A stretch of DNA of 64,000 nt from Pelotomaculum sp. UBA4789. Lineage in GTDB: Bacteria; Bacillota; Desulfotomaculia; Desulfotomaculales; Pelotomaculaceae. Location: assembly GCA_002402945.1 (NCBI GenBank), contig DHGV01000001.1:2180-66179 (forward strand), read 5' to 3'. Position 1 is the stretch's first letter, and each line of letters starts with the position of its first letter. Position numbers and translations under genes: made by a program. Below the pieces are notes generated by a model. It was not told the DNA's origin, did no database searches, and saw only the letters and a program-made list of their open reading frames with translations. Positions 9,168 through 19,119 of this stretch are shown here, piece after piece.

Positions 9168-10193
9168 TTACACTGCAGTTCCCATCCGCTTCCCTTCAAA
9201 GGCGACCCGGCGCTTCAGGTCCTCCATCAGGATGCCAAACTCTGTCAGGTCCAGGGACTGGGCCCCGTCACACAGGGCCTGGGCCGGATCGTTGTGGGTT
9301 TCGATCATCAGGCCATCCGCTCCGACCGCTACCGCCGCCCGCGCCAGCGGTGCAACCAGCCCGCGGAGGCCGGCGGCATGGCTGGGATCGACGATAATCG
9401 GCAGGTGGGTTTTTTGTTTCAGCAGCGGCACAGCAGACAAATCGAGGGTGTTGCGGGTGGCCGGTTCAAAAGTGCGTATCCCCCGCTCACACAGGATGAC
9501 CTGGCTGTTTCCTTCCGACAAAATATACTCGGCGCTCATTAAAAGTTCTTCCAGGGTATTGGCGAGACCACGTTTGAGCAGCACGGGCTTGTTCATGCGT
9601 CCGACCTCCCTCAGCAGGTCGAAGTTCTGCATATTGCGGGCCCCGATCTGGATGACGTCAATCTCTTCAAACAACAGCAGCTGGGTCTGGTTCATCACCT
9701 CGGTGACAACCGGCAGGCCAGTCTCGCGCTTGGCCTCCAGCAGCAAGCGCAGGCCCTCCTCCTGAAGGCCCATGAAGGCATAGGGCGAAGTGCGCGGTTT
9801 GAAGGCGCCGCCTCTCAGCAGCGTGGCGCCGCTGGCTTTGACCGATTTGGCCACTGCGATAATCTGTTCTTCACTTTCTACCGAGCAGGGTCCCGATATT
9901 ACCTGGAACATGCCGGTCCCAAAGAGTACGCCGCCTGCGTTGACTACCGTGTCCTCCGGGTGGACGGTCCTGTTCACGGCCTTGTAGGGTTCGGTAACCC
10001 GTTTTCCGTACTCCACAATGACGTTAGTCTGGACCACGGTATCCAGATCAATCGTGGCCGTGTTGCCGATCAGGCAGACCACGGTATGTTCGGTGCCGGT
10101 GCTCAAAAAAGTCTTGAAACCGCGGGCTTCAATTTTAGCGGTGAATTCATCTATTTTTGGCCGGGGCACACCCGGTTTTAATACAAAAAGCAT
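9168..10193 (-). CDS. aroF: DAHP synthase (class I-beta, N-terminal ferredoxin-like regulatory domain)
   Basis: [42 protein letters not shown]; ATG 10193 follows a GGAGG RBS. Confidence 0.93.
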   Translation of the reverse strand: MLFVLKPGVPRPKIDEFTAKIEARGFKTFLSTGTEHTVVCLIGNTATIDLDTVVQTNVIVEYGKRVTEPYKAVNRTVHPEDTVVNAGGVLFGTGMFQVISGPCSVESEEQIIAVAKSVKASGATLLRGGAFKPRTSPYAFMGLQEEGLRLLLEAKRETGLPVVTEVMNQTQLLLFEEIDVIQIGARNMQNFDLLREVGRMNKPVLLKRGLANTLEELLMSAEYILSEGNSQVILCERGIRTFEPATRNTLDLSAVPLLKQKTHLPIIVDPSHAAGLRGLVAPLARAAVAVGADGLMIETHNDPAQALCDGAQSLDLTEFGILMEDLKRRVAFEGKRMGTAV

Positions 10194-10209
10194 CTGCTGC
10201 TGCCTCCCC

Positions 10210-10980
10210 TTATTCAATGGCCGCTTTCATCTGCCGCACATAAGCGGAGATCGGGCCGACACATTCCACCCCGTATTGTTCGGCTATTTTCACAATCGCG
10301 CTGCCCACAATTACCCCGTCTGCATACCCGGCCATTGTCCTGGCCTGCTCCGGGGTCGAGATGCCGAAGCCGATAGCGCAGGGTATGTCCCTGGCAGCCT
10401 TCACCAGAGCAACCATCTCGGCGATGTCAGTGGTGATCCGGCTGCGCACACCGGTTACCCCCAGAGAGGAAACACAGTAGACAAAACCTTCAGCCCCGGC
10501 GGCGATCATGGAGATACGATGCTTGGAGGTGGGCGCGATCAGTGAAATCAAATCTATGCCCCGGGCCTGGCAGCTGGAGAGGAGTTCCTCTTTCTCCTCG
10601 AAGGGCAGGTCGGGCACGACCATCGCATCGATGCCGCACGCCGCCGCCCGCTTCATGAACCGCTCAACACCGTAAACAAACACCGGATTGACATAAGTCA
10701 TGAAAGCCAGTGGGACACTGGTTTTTTTCCTGACCCGCTCCAGCATGTCAAAGATTTTATCGGTGGTGGCGCCCGCTGCCAGTGCGCGCTCACTGGCATT
10801 CTGGATCACTACACCCTCGGCGATCGGATCTGAAAAAGGTATGCCGATTTCAATCAGATCAGCGCCCGCCTGGCTCATAGCCGGTATTAATTTTTCTGTA
10901 GTCTCCAGATTGGGATCACCGGCAGTGATGAAAGCAATAAAGGCCTTCCCTTTGCTGAATACATTTTTAACTCTACTCAT
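10210..10980 (-). CDS. trpA: Tryptophan synthase alpha chain
   Basis: [26 protein letters not shown]. Confidence 0.97.
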   Translation of the reverse strand: MSRVKNVFSKGKAFIAFITAGDPNLETTEKLIPAMSQAGADLIEIGIPFSDPIAEGVVIQNASERALAAGATTDKIFDMLERVRKKTSVPLAFMTYVNPVFVYGVERFMKRAAACGIDAMVVPDLPFEEKEELLSSCQARGIDLISLIAPTSKHRISMIAAGAEGFVYCVSSLGVTGVRSRITTDIAEMVALVKAARDIPCAIGFGISTPEQARTMAGYADGVIVGSAIVKIAEQYGVECVGPISAYVRQMKAAIE

Positions 10981-12157
10981 CTATTTTCACCCCTCTGTAA
11001 CGGGCTATAGCCGCCACGTCTTTATCACCGCGGCCGGAAATGTTGATCACGATGATCTTGTCCCCAGCCATTTTCGGGGCCAGCCGGCAGGCGTAAGCAA
11101 CCGCGTGGGCGCTTTCAATGGCGGGGATAATCCCTTCAGTGCGCGAGAGGTATTCAAAGGCCTCCACCGCTTCCAGGTCAGTCACCGGCACATACTGCGC
11201 CCGGCCTGTGTCTGCCAGCATGGCATGCTCCGGGCCAATACCCGGGTAGTCCAGGCCGGCGGAGATGGAGTAGACCGGGGCAATCTGACCAAACTCGTCC
11301 TGGCAGAAATAAGACTTCATGCCGTGAAATATCCCCACGCTGCCGTTGGCCAGGGTGGCGGCGTTTTTGGGATTGTCTACGCCTAGCCCTGCGGCTTCGC
11401 AGCCGATCAGCTGCACCGTCGGGTCATCGATGAACTCATAAAAGGCTCCTATGGCGTTGCTGCCGCCGCCGACACAGGCGATCACCGCGTCAGGCAGCCG
11501 GTGCTCCACGGCCTGCAGCTGTTCTTTGATTTCTTTGCCGATCATCTTCTGGAAGTCCCGCACAATGGTTGGATACGGGTGAGGCCCCATCACCGAACCA
11601 AGCACATAGTAGGTATCATCCATGCGTGAAGTCCATTCGCGCATGGTTTCGTTGACGGCATCCTTGAGCGTCTGGGTGCCGCTTTCGACAACATTTACTT
11701 TAGCTCCGAGCAGCTCCATGCGAAAGACATTCAGCGCCTGCCGCTGTGTGTCTTCCCTGCCCATAAAGATTTCGCATTCCAGGTCCATCAGCGCTGCTGC
11801 GGTGGCTGTGGCCACGCCATGCTGCCCCGCGCCGGTTTCCGCGATCACCCTGGTTTTGCCCATCTTTTTAGCCAGGAGCGCCTGCCCTAAAACATTATTG
11901 ATTTTATGGGAGCCGGTGTGGTTCAGATCCTCCCGTTTGAGATAGATCTTGGCCCCGCCCAGGTCCCGGGTCATCTTTTGCGCGTAGTAAAGAATGGAGG
12001 GACGCCCGGCATAGTTTTTCATCAGCTCGTCCAGTTCCAGCTGGAAATGCTCGTCTTTACGATAATATTCATAGGCCTCTTCCAGCTCCAGGACCGCGTT
12101 CATCAGCGTTTCCGGGATATACTGCCCGCCATAGTTTCCGAAACGGCCTTTCTTCAT
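10973..12157 (-). CDS. trpB: Tryptophan synthase beta chain
   Basis: [33 protein letters not shown]. Confidence 0.98.
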   Translation of the reverse strand: MKKGRFGNYGGQYIPETLMNAVLELEEAYEYYRKDEHFQLELDELMKNYAGRPSILYYAQKMTRDLGGAKIYLKREDLNHTGSHKINNVLGQALLAKKMGKTRVIAETGAGQHGVATATAAALMDLECEIFMGREDTQRQALNVFRMELLGAKVNVVESGTQTLKDAVNETMREWTSRMDDTYYVLGSVMGPHPYPTIVRDFQKMIGKEIKEQLQAVEHRLPDAVIACVGGGSNAIGAFYEFIDDPTVQLIGCEAAGLGVDNPKNAATLANGSVGIFHGMKSYFCQDEFGQIAPVYSISAGLDYPGIGPEHAMLADTGRAQYVPVTDLEAVEAFEYLSRTEGIIPAIESAHAVAYACRLAPKMAGDKIIVINISGRGDKDVAAIARYRGVKIDE

Positions 12158-12194
12158 GATTTTTCCTTCCTTTCGTTTATATCTCTATCCATAT

Positions 12195-12980
12195 TCATCG
12201 GCCGGCTCCCCGCAGTTCGGCCAGCATTTTTTTCTTGTCCGGGCTTCGCATCAGCGCTTCCCCGATCAGCACCGCGTTGACTTTGGCCCGGCGCAGCGCC
12301 TCGATGTCTGCCGCAGTGCGGATGCCGCTTTCGGCTACAAAAATAATGTTTTCAGGCACCAGCTTCCGCAGCGTAATGCTGTTATCAAGATTCACCGTGA
12401 AATCTTTGAGGTTGCGGTTGTTTACACCAATGATCCGCCCGCCGGCGGCCAGAGCCGATGCGACCTCCCGCTCGTCGTGCGCTTCCACCAGCGCGGCCAG
12501 GCCCAGCTCGTCGCAGACCGCAATATAGTCCCTGAGGGCCGGCGTATCCAGCAGGGCGCAGATGAGCAGGACTGCTGAGGCGCCGATGATTTTGGCCTCA
12601 TAAAGCTGGTATGCGTCCACGGTAAAGTCCTTGCGCAGCACAGGGATGGCCACCGCTTGTTGAATTTCCGTAAGATACTGGTCACTGCCCAGGAAATATT
12701 CCGGTTCCGTGAGCACCGAGATCGCGGCTGCCCCGGCCTGCTCATATTCCAGGGCGATCTGCAGATACGGGAAGTCAGGCGCGATCAGGCCCAGCGAAGG
12801 GGAGGCCTTTTTTATTTCACAGATAAAATTGATCTCCGGGCCGCGCAGGGCCTTTTCAAAGGGGAAACCGGTATCCGTATTTAATTTCCCTGCCGCGGTT
12901 TTCATTTGTTCCAGGGAGATGCGCGTTTGGTTATGCGCCACCCGCCTGCGGGCTGCTGCTGCCAGCTGCTCTAAGATCAT
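12195..12980 (-). CDS. trpC: Indole-3-glycerol phosphate synthase
   Basis: EIKKASPS, LRKDF, GVNNRNL, AESGI; 261 aa with no TrpF fusion. Confidence 0.96.
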   Translation of the reverse strand: MILEQLAAAARRRVAHNQTRISLEQMKTAAGKLNTDTGFPFEKALRGPEINFICEIKKASPSLGLIAPDFPYLQIALEYEQAGAAAISVLTEPEYFLGSDQYLTEIQQAVAIPVLRKDFTVDAYQLYEAKIIGASAVLLICALLDTPALRDYIAVCDELGLAALVEAHDEREVASALAAGGRIIGVNNRNLKDFTVNLDNSITLRKLVPENIIFVAESGIRTAADIEALRRAKVNAVLIGEALMRSPDKKKMLAELRGAGR

Positions 12981-13999
12981 TGCGTCAGCTCATTGGTCAA
13001 ACGGCGGAACTCCTCCAGTTTGGCCGCCACTTTGCCGGAGTCGATCAGGTCCTGGGCTGTTTTGACACAGTCGGCTATGGTGCAGTTGTCAATCCCCAGG
13101 TAGAGCGCCATCGCCGCGTTGAGTACCACGACATCCCTTTTGGGCCCCTTTTCCCTGCCGCTCAGGATGTCCAGGGTAATCCGGGCATTCTCTTCCGGAG
13201 TGCCGCCTGCCAGGTCCTCCATTTTGCAGCGCTTAAAGCCAAACTGCTCCGGAGTTATATCGTAACTGGTAAGAGCGCCATAGCGGATTTCACAGACATG
13301 CGTTGCCCCAGTGAGTGTCACCTCATCCATCCCGTCACTGCCGTTCACCGCTACCCCCCGCACCACACCCAGGTTGGAAAGCACCTGGGCCAGCTGCTCC
13401 ACCAGGTTGCGGTCATATACGCCCATCAGCTGCATGGTGGCTCCAGCCGGGTTGGACAGGGGACCCAGGACGTTGAAAATGGTCCGGGCGCCCATTTCCC
13501 GGCGCACCGGCGCCGCGTGTTTCATCGAGGAATGGTAGATCTGGGCAAACATAAAGCAGATGTTGCTCTTTTTTAAAATTTCTTCATTTTGTTCAGGAGT
13601 AAGGTTCAGGTTTATCCCCAGATGCTCCAGCACATCAGCCGCGCCGCTTTTGCTTGACACGCCCCGGTTGCCGTGTTTGGCTACCGGGATCCCGCCGGCC
13701 GCCACTACGAAAGCAGCGGTGGTGGAAATGTTGAAGGTGCCGGTTTCATCGCCGCCGGTACCGACAATATCCATCACCCTGCGCACCGGTTTGATCTTGA
13801 GGCCTTTTTCACGCATGACCTCCGCACAGGCTGTGATCTCTTCTACGGTTTCGCCTTTCATCCGCAGCCCTGCCAGCAGCGCCCCCATCTGGGCCTGGGT
13901 GGCCGTACCGTCCATCATCTGCCGCATGGCCCCTTTGGTGGTCTCGTTGTCCAGGTCTTTGCCGCCCAATACTTGCTTTATCGCTTTCTGCATCATCAT
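12977..13999 (-). CDS. trpD: Anthranilate phosphoribosyltransferase
   Basis: DIVGTGGD, FNIST, KHGNRGVSSKSG. Confidence 0.97.
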   Translation of the reverse strand: MMMQKAIKQVLGGKDLDNETTKGAMRQMMDGTATQAQMGALLAGLRMKGETVEEITACAEVMREKGLKIKPVRRVMDIVGTGGDETGTFNISTTAAFVVAAGGIPVAKHGNRGVSSKSGAADVLEHLGINLNLTPEQNEEILKKSNICFMFAQIYHSSMKHAAPVRREMGARTIFNVLGPLSNPAGATMQLMGVYDRNLVEQLAQVLSNLGVVRGVAVNGSDGMDEVTLTGATHVCEIRYGALTSYDITPEQFGFKRCKMEDLAGGTPEENARITLDILSGREKGPKRDVVVLNAAMALYLGIDNCTIADCVKTAQDLIDSGKVAAKLEEFRRLTNELTQ

Positions 14000-14008
14000 G
14001 TTTCCCTC

Positions 14009-14575
14009 CTATATTTCCAAGAAATTGGCCAATATAACCGGTCCCAGCGGGGTCAGGATTGATTCGGGGTGGAACTGCACCCCGAAGACATCAAAATCAA
14101 GGTGTTTCACGGCCATCACCTCGCCCGTTTCATCCCTGGCAATAACCTGCAACTGGGCCGGGATGGTCTCTTTTTGGGCCGCCAGGGAATGATAACGCCC
14201 AGCCTCGATCTGTGGTGGCAGCCCTTTGAACAGGATGCAGGTATTGTCGATGCTGATCTGGCTTTTTTTGCCGTGCATCAGCCGCCGGGCGTGGCCGATG
14301 GCGGCTCCGTATGCCTCACATATCCCCTGGTGTCCCAGGCAGACCCCGAGAATGGCCGCACTGCCCGCCATCACCCTGACCACTTCCTCGCAGACGCCGG
14401 CATCTTTCGGATAGCCGGGACCAGGCGACAGGATGATGTGGGAAGACTGCAGGGCTTTGATCTCCTCTACCGTCAGTTCATCGTTGCGTATGACGCGGAT
14501 ATCCGGATTGATGCCGCCTGCAATTTGCACCAGGTTATAAGAAAAACTATCATAATTGTCGATTAACAAGATCAT
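14009..14575 (-). CDS. trpG: Anthranilate synthase glutamine amidotransferase subunit
   Basis: IDNYDSF, SPGPG, GVCLGHQ, QFHPES. Confidence 0.95.
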   Translation of the reverse strand: MILLIDNYDSFSYNLVQIAGGINPDIRVIRNDELTVEEIKALQSSHIILSPGPGYPKDAGVCEEVVRVMAGSAAILGVCLGHQGICEAYGAAIGHARRLMHGKKSQISIDNTCILFKGLPPQIEAGRYHSLAAQKETIPAQLQVIARDETGEVMAVKHLDFDVFGVQFHPESILTPLGPVILANFLEI

Positions 14576-16035
14576 CAGTCATCCACCTCCCCTGCATTGC
14601 ATATGGCATTGATCACGGCCAGCGCCTTATTTGCCGACTCCTCGTATTCGGTTTCGGGCACACTGTCCGCTACAATACCGCCGCCCGCCTGCACGTAGAC
14701 TTTGTCATGCTGCTTCACCGCCATGCGGATGGCGATACAGGTGTCCATGTTCCCGGCGAAGTCCAGGTACCCCAGCGCGCCGCCGTAGATGCCGCGGGGA
14801 TCCTTTTCCATTTCCTCGATGATTTCGCACGCTCGGATTTTTGGCGCCCCGGACAGGGTGCCTGCGGGTAAAATGGCCTCAATAGCGCTGTACCCGTCAC
14901 CTTCGGGAAGGATGTTGCCCTCTACCTGGGAGCAGATATGCATTATTTTTGAGTAACGGTGGATCATCATGTATTCGGTGACCTCGACTGAAGAGTACTG
15001 GGATATCCGGCCCAAATCGTTCCTGCCCAGATCCACAAGCATGTTGTGTTCGGCCAGTTCTTTTTCATCCGCCAACAGCTCCTTTTCCAGTCTTTTATCT
15101 TCTGCCTCTGTCCCCCCCCTGGGGCGGGAACCCGCCACCGGGAAAGTGGTCAGCCTGCCGTTTTGCAGGCGCACCAGGGTTTCAGGGGAAGTGCTGATGA
15201 TCTCGTCTCCGTCGATATCCATATAGACCATGTAAGGGGAGGGGTTAGTGGTCCTGAGTACCCGGTAAGCGTTGAGCAGGCTCTCTTTATAAGGTGCGGT
15301 AAACTGGCGGGAGATGACCGCCTGGAAGATATCCCCCTCTCGGATATACTCTTTGGTCCGCTCCACCATTGCGCAGTAGTCTTCTTTGGTCACGTTGCAG
15401 GTAAACCTGACATTTTTTTCACTCTTCAGCCTGACCGGGTGCTGCCCGTCACGGATGAGCCCCGCTATCGCTTCCAGTTCAGCCATTGCCCGCCCGTAGT
15501 TTTCCATCACAAAGTCGGTCTGCATATTGACCACAATAAAAATTTTCTGTTTGAGATGGTCAAAGGCGATGACCTTGTCAAACAGCATCAGGTCAAAATC
15601 ATTGCCGTCGTTTCGCTTTATTTTCAACTTGGGTTCTGCGTATCCGATCATGGCATAGGCGAAATAACCCACAAACCCGCCGGTAAACGGAGGCATCTCC
15701 GGCAATTTTGGCGATTTATATGCCCGCTGGATATCCCGCAGTACCTCCAAAGGGGTTTCGGTTTGGACGCTGGTGAGCGCACCATCGCGTTCGATGGTCA
15801 CCAGGCCATCTTTGCAGGTTACGCGCATCAGCGGATCGTATCCCAGGAAGGAGTAGCGCCCCCACTTTTCTCCCCCCTCGACGCTTTCCAGCAGAAAATA
15901 CCGTTTGCTCAGGCCCGCCAGCTTGCGCAGGAGGGTAATGGGAGTGATGACATCCGCGTAAATTTCCCGGCATATCGGAATCACACTGTACTCACGCGCC
16001 AGTTTCTGTATGGTTTCGCTGCCTGGTCTAATCAT
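14575..16035 (-). CDS. trpE: Anthranilate synthase component I
   Basis: LLESV, NPSPY, AEHNMLVDLGRND, GTLSGAPK; ATG at 16035. Confidence 0.96.
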   Translation of the reverse strand: MIRPGSETIQKLAREYSVIPICREIYADVITPITLLRKLAGLSKRYFLLESVEGGEKWGRYSFLGYDPLMRVTCKDGLVTIERDGALTSVQTETPLEVLRDIQRAYKSPKLPEMPPFTGGFVGYFAYAMIGYAEPKLKIKRNDGNDFDLMLFDKVIAFDHLKQKIFIVVNMQTDFVMENYGRAMAELEAIAGLIRDGQHPVRLKSEKNVRFTCNVTKEDYCAMVERTKEYIREGDIFQAVISRQFTAPYKESLLNAYRVLRTTNPSPYMVYMDIDGDEIISTSPETLVRLQNGRLTTFPVAGSRPRGGTEAEDKRLEKELLADEKELAEHNMLVDLGRNDLGRISQYSSVEVTEYMMIHRYSKIMHICSQVEGNILPEGDGYSAIEAILPAGTLSGAPKIRACEIIEEMEKDPRGIYGGALGYLDFAGNMDTCIAIRMAVKQHDKVYVQAGGGIVADSVPETEYEESANKALAVINAICNAGEVDD

Positions 16036-16083
16036 TTTCCAACCTCGTTTCCTCAATTGATGGGGATAATCTTTGCTGTTTAT

Positions 16084-16390
16084 AAATCAGGACCACCCGC
16101 TCAGCGGGTGGTCTGCTCTAGCCCTATAAAGGCTTAATACTAAGCAGAGTCTCAAGGCTCGTTGAAAATTCCACCAACCGCATACATGCCCCACTACCCT
16201 AAAAAGGGTATTTCACATGCGTTTGATCTGATTTTACTTGTTTGTTTTGGTCCTGACTTTTTCTCACTTACAAATTTATAACATTATTTCACTCACGTAT
16301 TTCTTTAAAGCTATTGTCAGCTTAAAATTAAAAGATCTGTTCATAGCTAAAGCTCTTTGGAACCACCTGCAAAGCAGGTGGTTTTCGCTA
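16084..16390 (-). mobile_element. Non-autonomous IS200/IS605-family derivative (two end hairpins, no tnpA)
   Basis: Related subterminal hairpins AACCACCTGC-AAA-GCAGGTGGTT (16361-16383) and GACCACCCGC-TCA-GCGGGTGGTC (16091-16113), with flanks resembling clostridial IS200 ends as I recall them; no credible ORF inside. Confidence 0.6.
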
Positions 16391-16393
16391 TAC

Positions 16394-16655
16394 AAAAAAA
16401 GCTCTTGTCCTAAGAAAGGACAAAAGCTTATGCTTCTGCGGTACCACCTAAATTGGTAACTAAAGTTACCCGCTCATTTTGCGCACTATCATGCGTACCC
16501 CACTGATAACGGACAGGGTTCCCGTCGGCATCTACTCCCTCTCGGTTTCAAGCCGCCCTCGCAACTCCATTCAGTAAATTCCGGCATACCGCACTCCCAG
16601 CAACGGCGGCTCTCTGTAATACCTTCCAATACCTACTTCTCTTGCTCATCGGTTT
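16394..16655 (-). ncRNA. T-box riboswitch, Trp specifier
   Basis: AGAGA and GCTG motifs in stem I; specifier GAA-TGG-A (UGG at 16567-16569); T-box AATTTAGGTGGTACCGC (16438-16454); terminator hairpin plus T7. Confidence 0.93.
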
Positions 16656-16670
16656 AACTTATTTTAAGCC

Positions 16671-16699
16671 ATCATAAACCATATCTATGGTTTTGTCAA
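16671..16699 (-). promoter_or_regulatory. Sigma-A promoter of the trp leader
   Basis: TTGACA-N17-TATGAT. Confidence 0.75.
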
Positions 16700-16705
16700 C
16701 CCCGT

Positions 16706-16731
16706 AAGCAAGGGGGACGGTTCTCTTGCTT
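16706..16731. repeat. REP-like hairpin, family A (CAAGAGAACCGTCCCCTTG core), inverted copy
   Basis: AAGCAAGGGGGACGGTTCTCTTGCTT; same core recurs at 17553, 18644, 31116 and 40357. Confidence 0.8.
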
Positions 16732-16854
16732 CCCCCTTACTGGACTTCAATCAATTTTCTTAGGGAAAATACAAAAAATACCTCATATTACAAAGGAATA
16801 ATGATATAATATGTGAAAATTATCCTGGATTTTTATGTTTTTGTGAGGTTAATC

Positions 16855-17484
16855 ATGACGATACCTGCTCAGAAAAGTTTTAGATGCGAAATACTCTCCT
16901 GGAATAAGATCATCAGGGATGCAAAAACACTGGCTAAGCTTGTCAAACAGTCAGGCTACAAACCTGATATTGTGATAGCAATTGGCAGGGGTGGTTATGT
17001 TCCGGCAAGAATTGTCTGTGACTACTTGATGCTCAGAGATCTTACTTCTATTAAGGCGGAACACTGGGGAAGCGCTGCGTTAGAGAGAAAAGAAGCCATT
17101 ATAAAATTCCCTTTATGCACAGACATAAAGGGTAAAAAAGTTTTATTGGTGGATGATGTCACAGATACAGGGCGCACCCTTATTGTCTGCCTGGAATATT
17201 TGAAAGGATTTGCGCCTGGTGAAATCAGAACCGCTATCCTCATCCATAAAACCTGTTCTGAGATTGTTCCGGATTATTATGTCAACAAAATTGTGAAATG
17301 GAAATGGTTGATCTTCCCGTGGCATGTCTGGGAAGACCTTAACGGCTTTATCAAAAGACTAAAGGATACTGGTATCACTAATGAAGAAGAGATCAAAGGT
17401 GAACTTCAGAAAAGATACAGTCTTGATCTCAAAACAGAGACAATCAGAGAGGTTTTATCGGAGCTTGGCGCAGCTGTTTTATGA
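16855..17484 (+). CDS. Type I phosphoribosyltransferase (xanthine/guanine PRT-like)
   Basis: AIGRGGYVPAR, EHWG, VLLVDDVTDTGRT PRPP motif, WLIFPW. Confidence 0.88.
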   Translation: MTIPAQKSFRCEILSWNKIIRDAKTLAKLVKQSGYKPDIVIAIGRGGYVPARIVCDYLMLRDLTSIKAEHWGSAALERKEAIIKFPLCTDIKGKKVLLVDDVTDTGRTLIVCLEYLKGFAPGEIRTAILIHKTCSEIVPDYYVNKIVKWKWLIFPWHVWEDLNGFIKRLKDTGITNEEEIKGELQKRYSLDLKTETIREVLSELGAAVL

Positions 17485-17552
17485 CTAAAACGGTAAATAA
17501 ATTAAATGGCAAGGCGTTCCATCTCTGGAACCCTTGCCATTCTCATTCTTAT

Positions 17553-17598
17553 AGGGGAAGCAAAGGGGAATCAAGAGAACCGTCCCCTTGCTTCCCCT
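17553..17598. repeat. REP-like hairpin, family A
   Basis: AGGGGAAGCAAAGGGGAATCAAGAGAACCGTCCCCTTGCTTCCCCT. Confidence 0.8.
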
Positions 17599-18602
17599 CA
17601 GGCTTCCTGCTCTGACAAACTTTCAACAGCCTTCTGGGCCCATTTGGAATCATGAAGTATGGCTCTGCCCACTCCGATCAGGTCGGCTTTGCCTTCGGCC
17701 AGCAGTTTCTCGGCCGCCTGGGCCTCTGTAATCCCGCCGGTAAGGATCACCGGCACAGACACCGCCTTTTTGATAGCCTCGGAAAGCGGGGCAAAAAACC
17801 CCTGCCCGCTGAGACCCGGCACAATATAGCCACAGAACCCTCCGGATATATCCAAAATTTCTACTCCGGCTTTCTCAAATTCCCTGGCGGCCATCTGGCT
17901 GTCGGCAATAGTCATCCCGCCTTCAGTGAGGTCCGAGGCGCCCAAGCGCATCAAAACGGGGTATGCTTCTCCGACCGCCGCACGGACTGCTTTGATCACC
18001 TCCAGGTGAATACGGATCCGGTTGCTCAAACTGCCGCCATATTCATCCTCACGTTTATTGGTCAGGTGTGATAGAAATTGGTTGAGCAGGTAGCCGTGCG
18101 CGGCATGGATTTCCACCCCATCGAAACCCGCTTTTTTTACACGGACGGCTGCATCATGAAAGGCCTGCACAATTTTGGCTATTTCAGCCACGGTCAGCTC
18201 GCGGGGAATGTTCCCCCGGCGCGGGTTGACTACAGCCGAAGGCCCCACCACCGCTGCGCTGGTGACCTCCTCCTCGGCCTGGCAGCCGGCATGGCTGATT
18301 TCCATCACCGCTTTGGAGCCGTTATGGTGGATCACTATAGCCAGTTTTTTCAGACCCTCTGTTACACTATCCTCTGCAACTGAAAGCTGGTTATGATGAG
18401 CCTTCCCCTCCGGGCTGATAAAACTGTGCTCGATGATTATGAGCCCAATATACCCGCCTCTGGATTTATCGTCATAATAATCAAGCAATGCCTGGCTTAC
18501 TTTGCCGTCCGGCTTGGCTTTCGCGGTAGCCATCGGCGGCATAACCAGGCGATTAGCCAAAGACAAAGAAGCTGTTTCCAGTGGTTCAAGCAAAAGGGCC
18601 AT
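17598..18602 (-). CDS. NADH:flavin oxidoreductase (Old Yellow Enzyme family)
   Basis: NRLVMPPM, AGFDGVEIHAAHGYLLNQFLS, NKREDEYGGS, DLIGVGR. Confidence 0.93.
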   Translation of the reverse strand: MALLLEPLETASLSLANRLVMPPMATAKAKPDGKVSQALLDYYDDKSRGGYIGLIIIEHSFISPEGKAHHNQLSVAEDSVTEGLKKLAIVIHHNGSKAVMEISHAGCQAEEEVTSAAVVGPSAVVNPRRGNIPRELTVAEIAKIVQAFHDAAVRVKKAGFDGVEIHAAHGYLLNQFLSHLTNKREDEYGGSLSNRIRIHLEVIKAVRAAVGEAYPVLMRLGASDLTEGGMTIADSQMAAREFEKAGVEILDISGGFCGYIVPGLSGQGFFAPLSEAIKKAVSVPVILTGGITEAQAAEKLLAEGKADLIGVGRAILHDSKWAQKAVESLSEQEA

Positions 18603-18643
18603 CGATGTCTATCCCCCTAAAGTTATGAATTTTCTGTCAGCCT

Positions 18644-18673
18644 GGAAGCAAGAGAACCGTCCCCTTGCTTCCC
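18644..18673. repeat. REP-like hairpin, family A
   Basis: GGAAGCAAGAGAACCGTCCCCTTGCTTCCC. Confidence 0.8.
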
Positions 18674-18681
18674 CTTTGTGT

Positions 18682-18849
18682 TTATTTACTGCGTTCCAAA
18701 TCATCATCGCTTAATGTTGGAATTGAATCTTCAAAATCCCCTTGCGAATTATGACTGCCGCATTGCATGCACACCCATTGCTCACCATCATAAGAGAATT
18801 CTGTTTTTTCTCCACACTCTATACAAAAATCTTCAGTTGCTTTTTTCAT
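18682..18849 (-). CDS. Small Zn-ribbon protein (55 aa) with acidic tail
   Basis: AAGGGGAG RBS before ATG 18849; CIEC-x14-CMQC. Confidence 0.6.
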   Translation of the reverse strand: MKKATEDFCIECGEKTEFSYDGEQWVCMQCGSHNSQGDFEDSIPTLSDDDLERSK

Positions 18850-19119
18850 TACTAGCTCCCCTTTCTCGCATTTTTCTTTTACATCGGCCACTTTTCAATC
18901 ATACCTGCAATTTATTAACAATAAATTAATGAAGTATTAAGAAATAATTTCCCACCCCAAACTGCTCTCACTGCGACTCCGATCCTGAAAACAAAGGTGT
19001 TTTCCACCAGTGATTTTGATGTCTGTTTGCGCAATTGTCGATAGCCCAGCAAAAATTATTGAAATTTTTCGTTAATAGGAATAAAATCTATATAATTATT
19101 GAGAACAATAGGGGGCTTT

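Noticed and set aside
15046-16137. 363-aa plus-strand ORF
   Set aside because: It is an antisense shadow of trpE with no recognisable motifs.
19050-19070. CodY box upstream of ilvE
   Set aside because: It is only a loose match to AATTTTCWGAAAATT in an AT-rich stretch.
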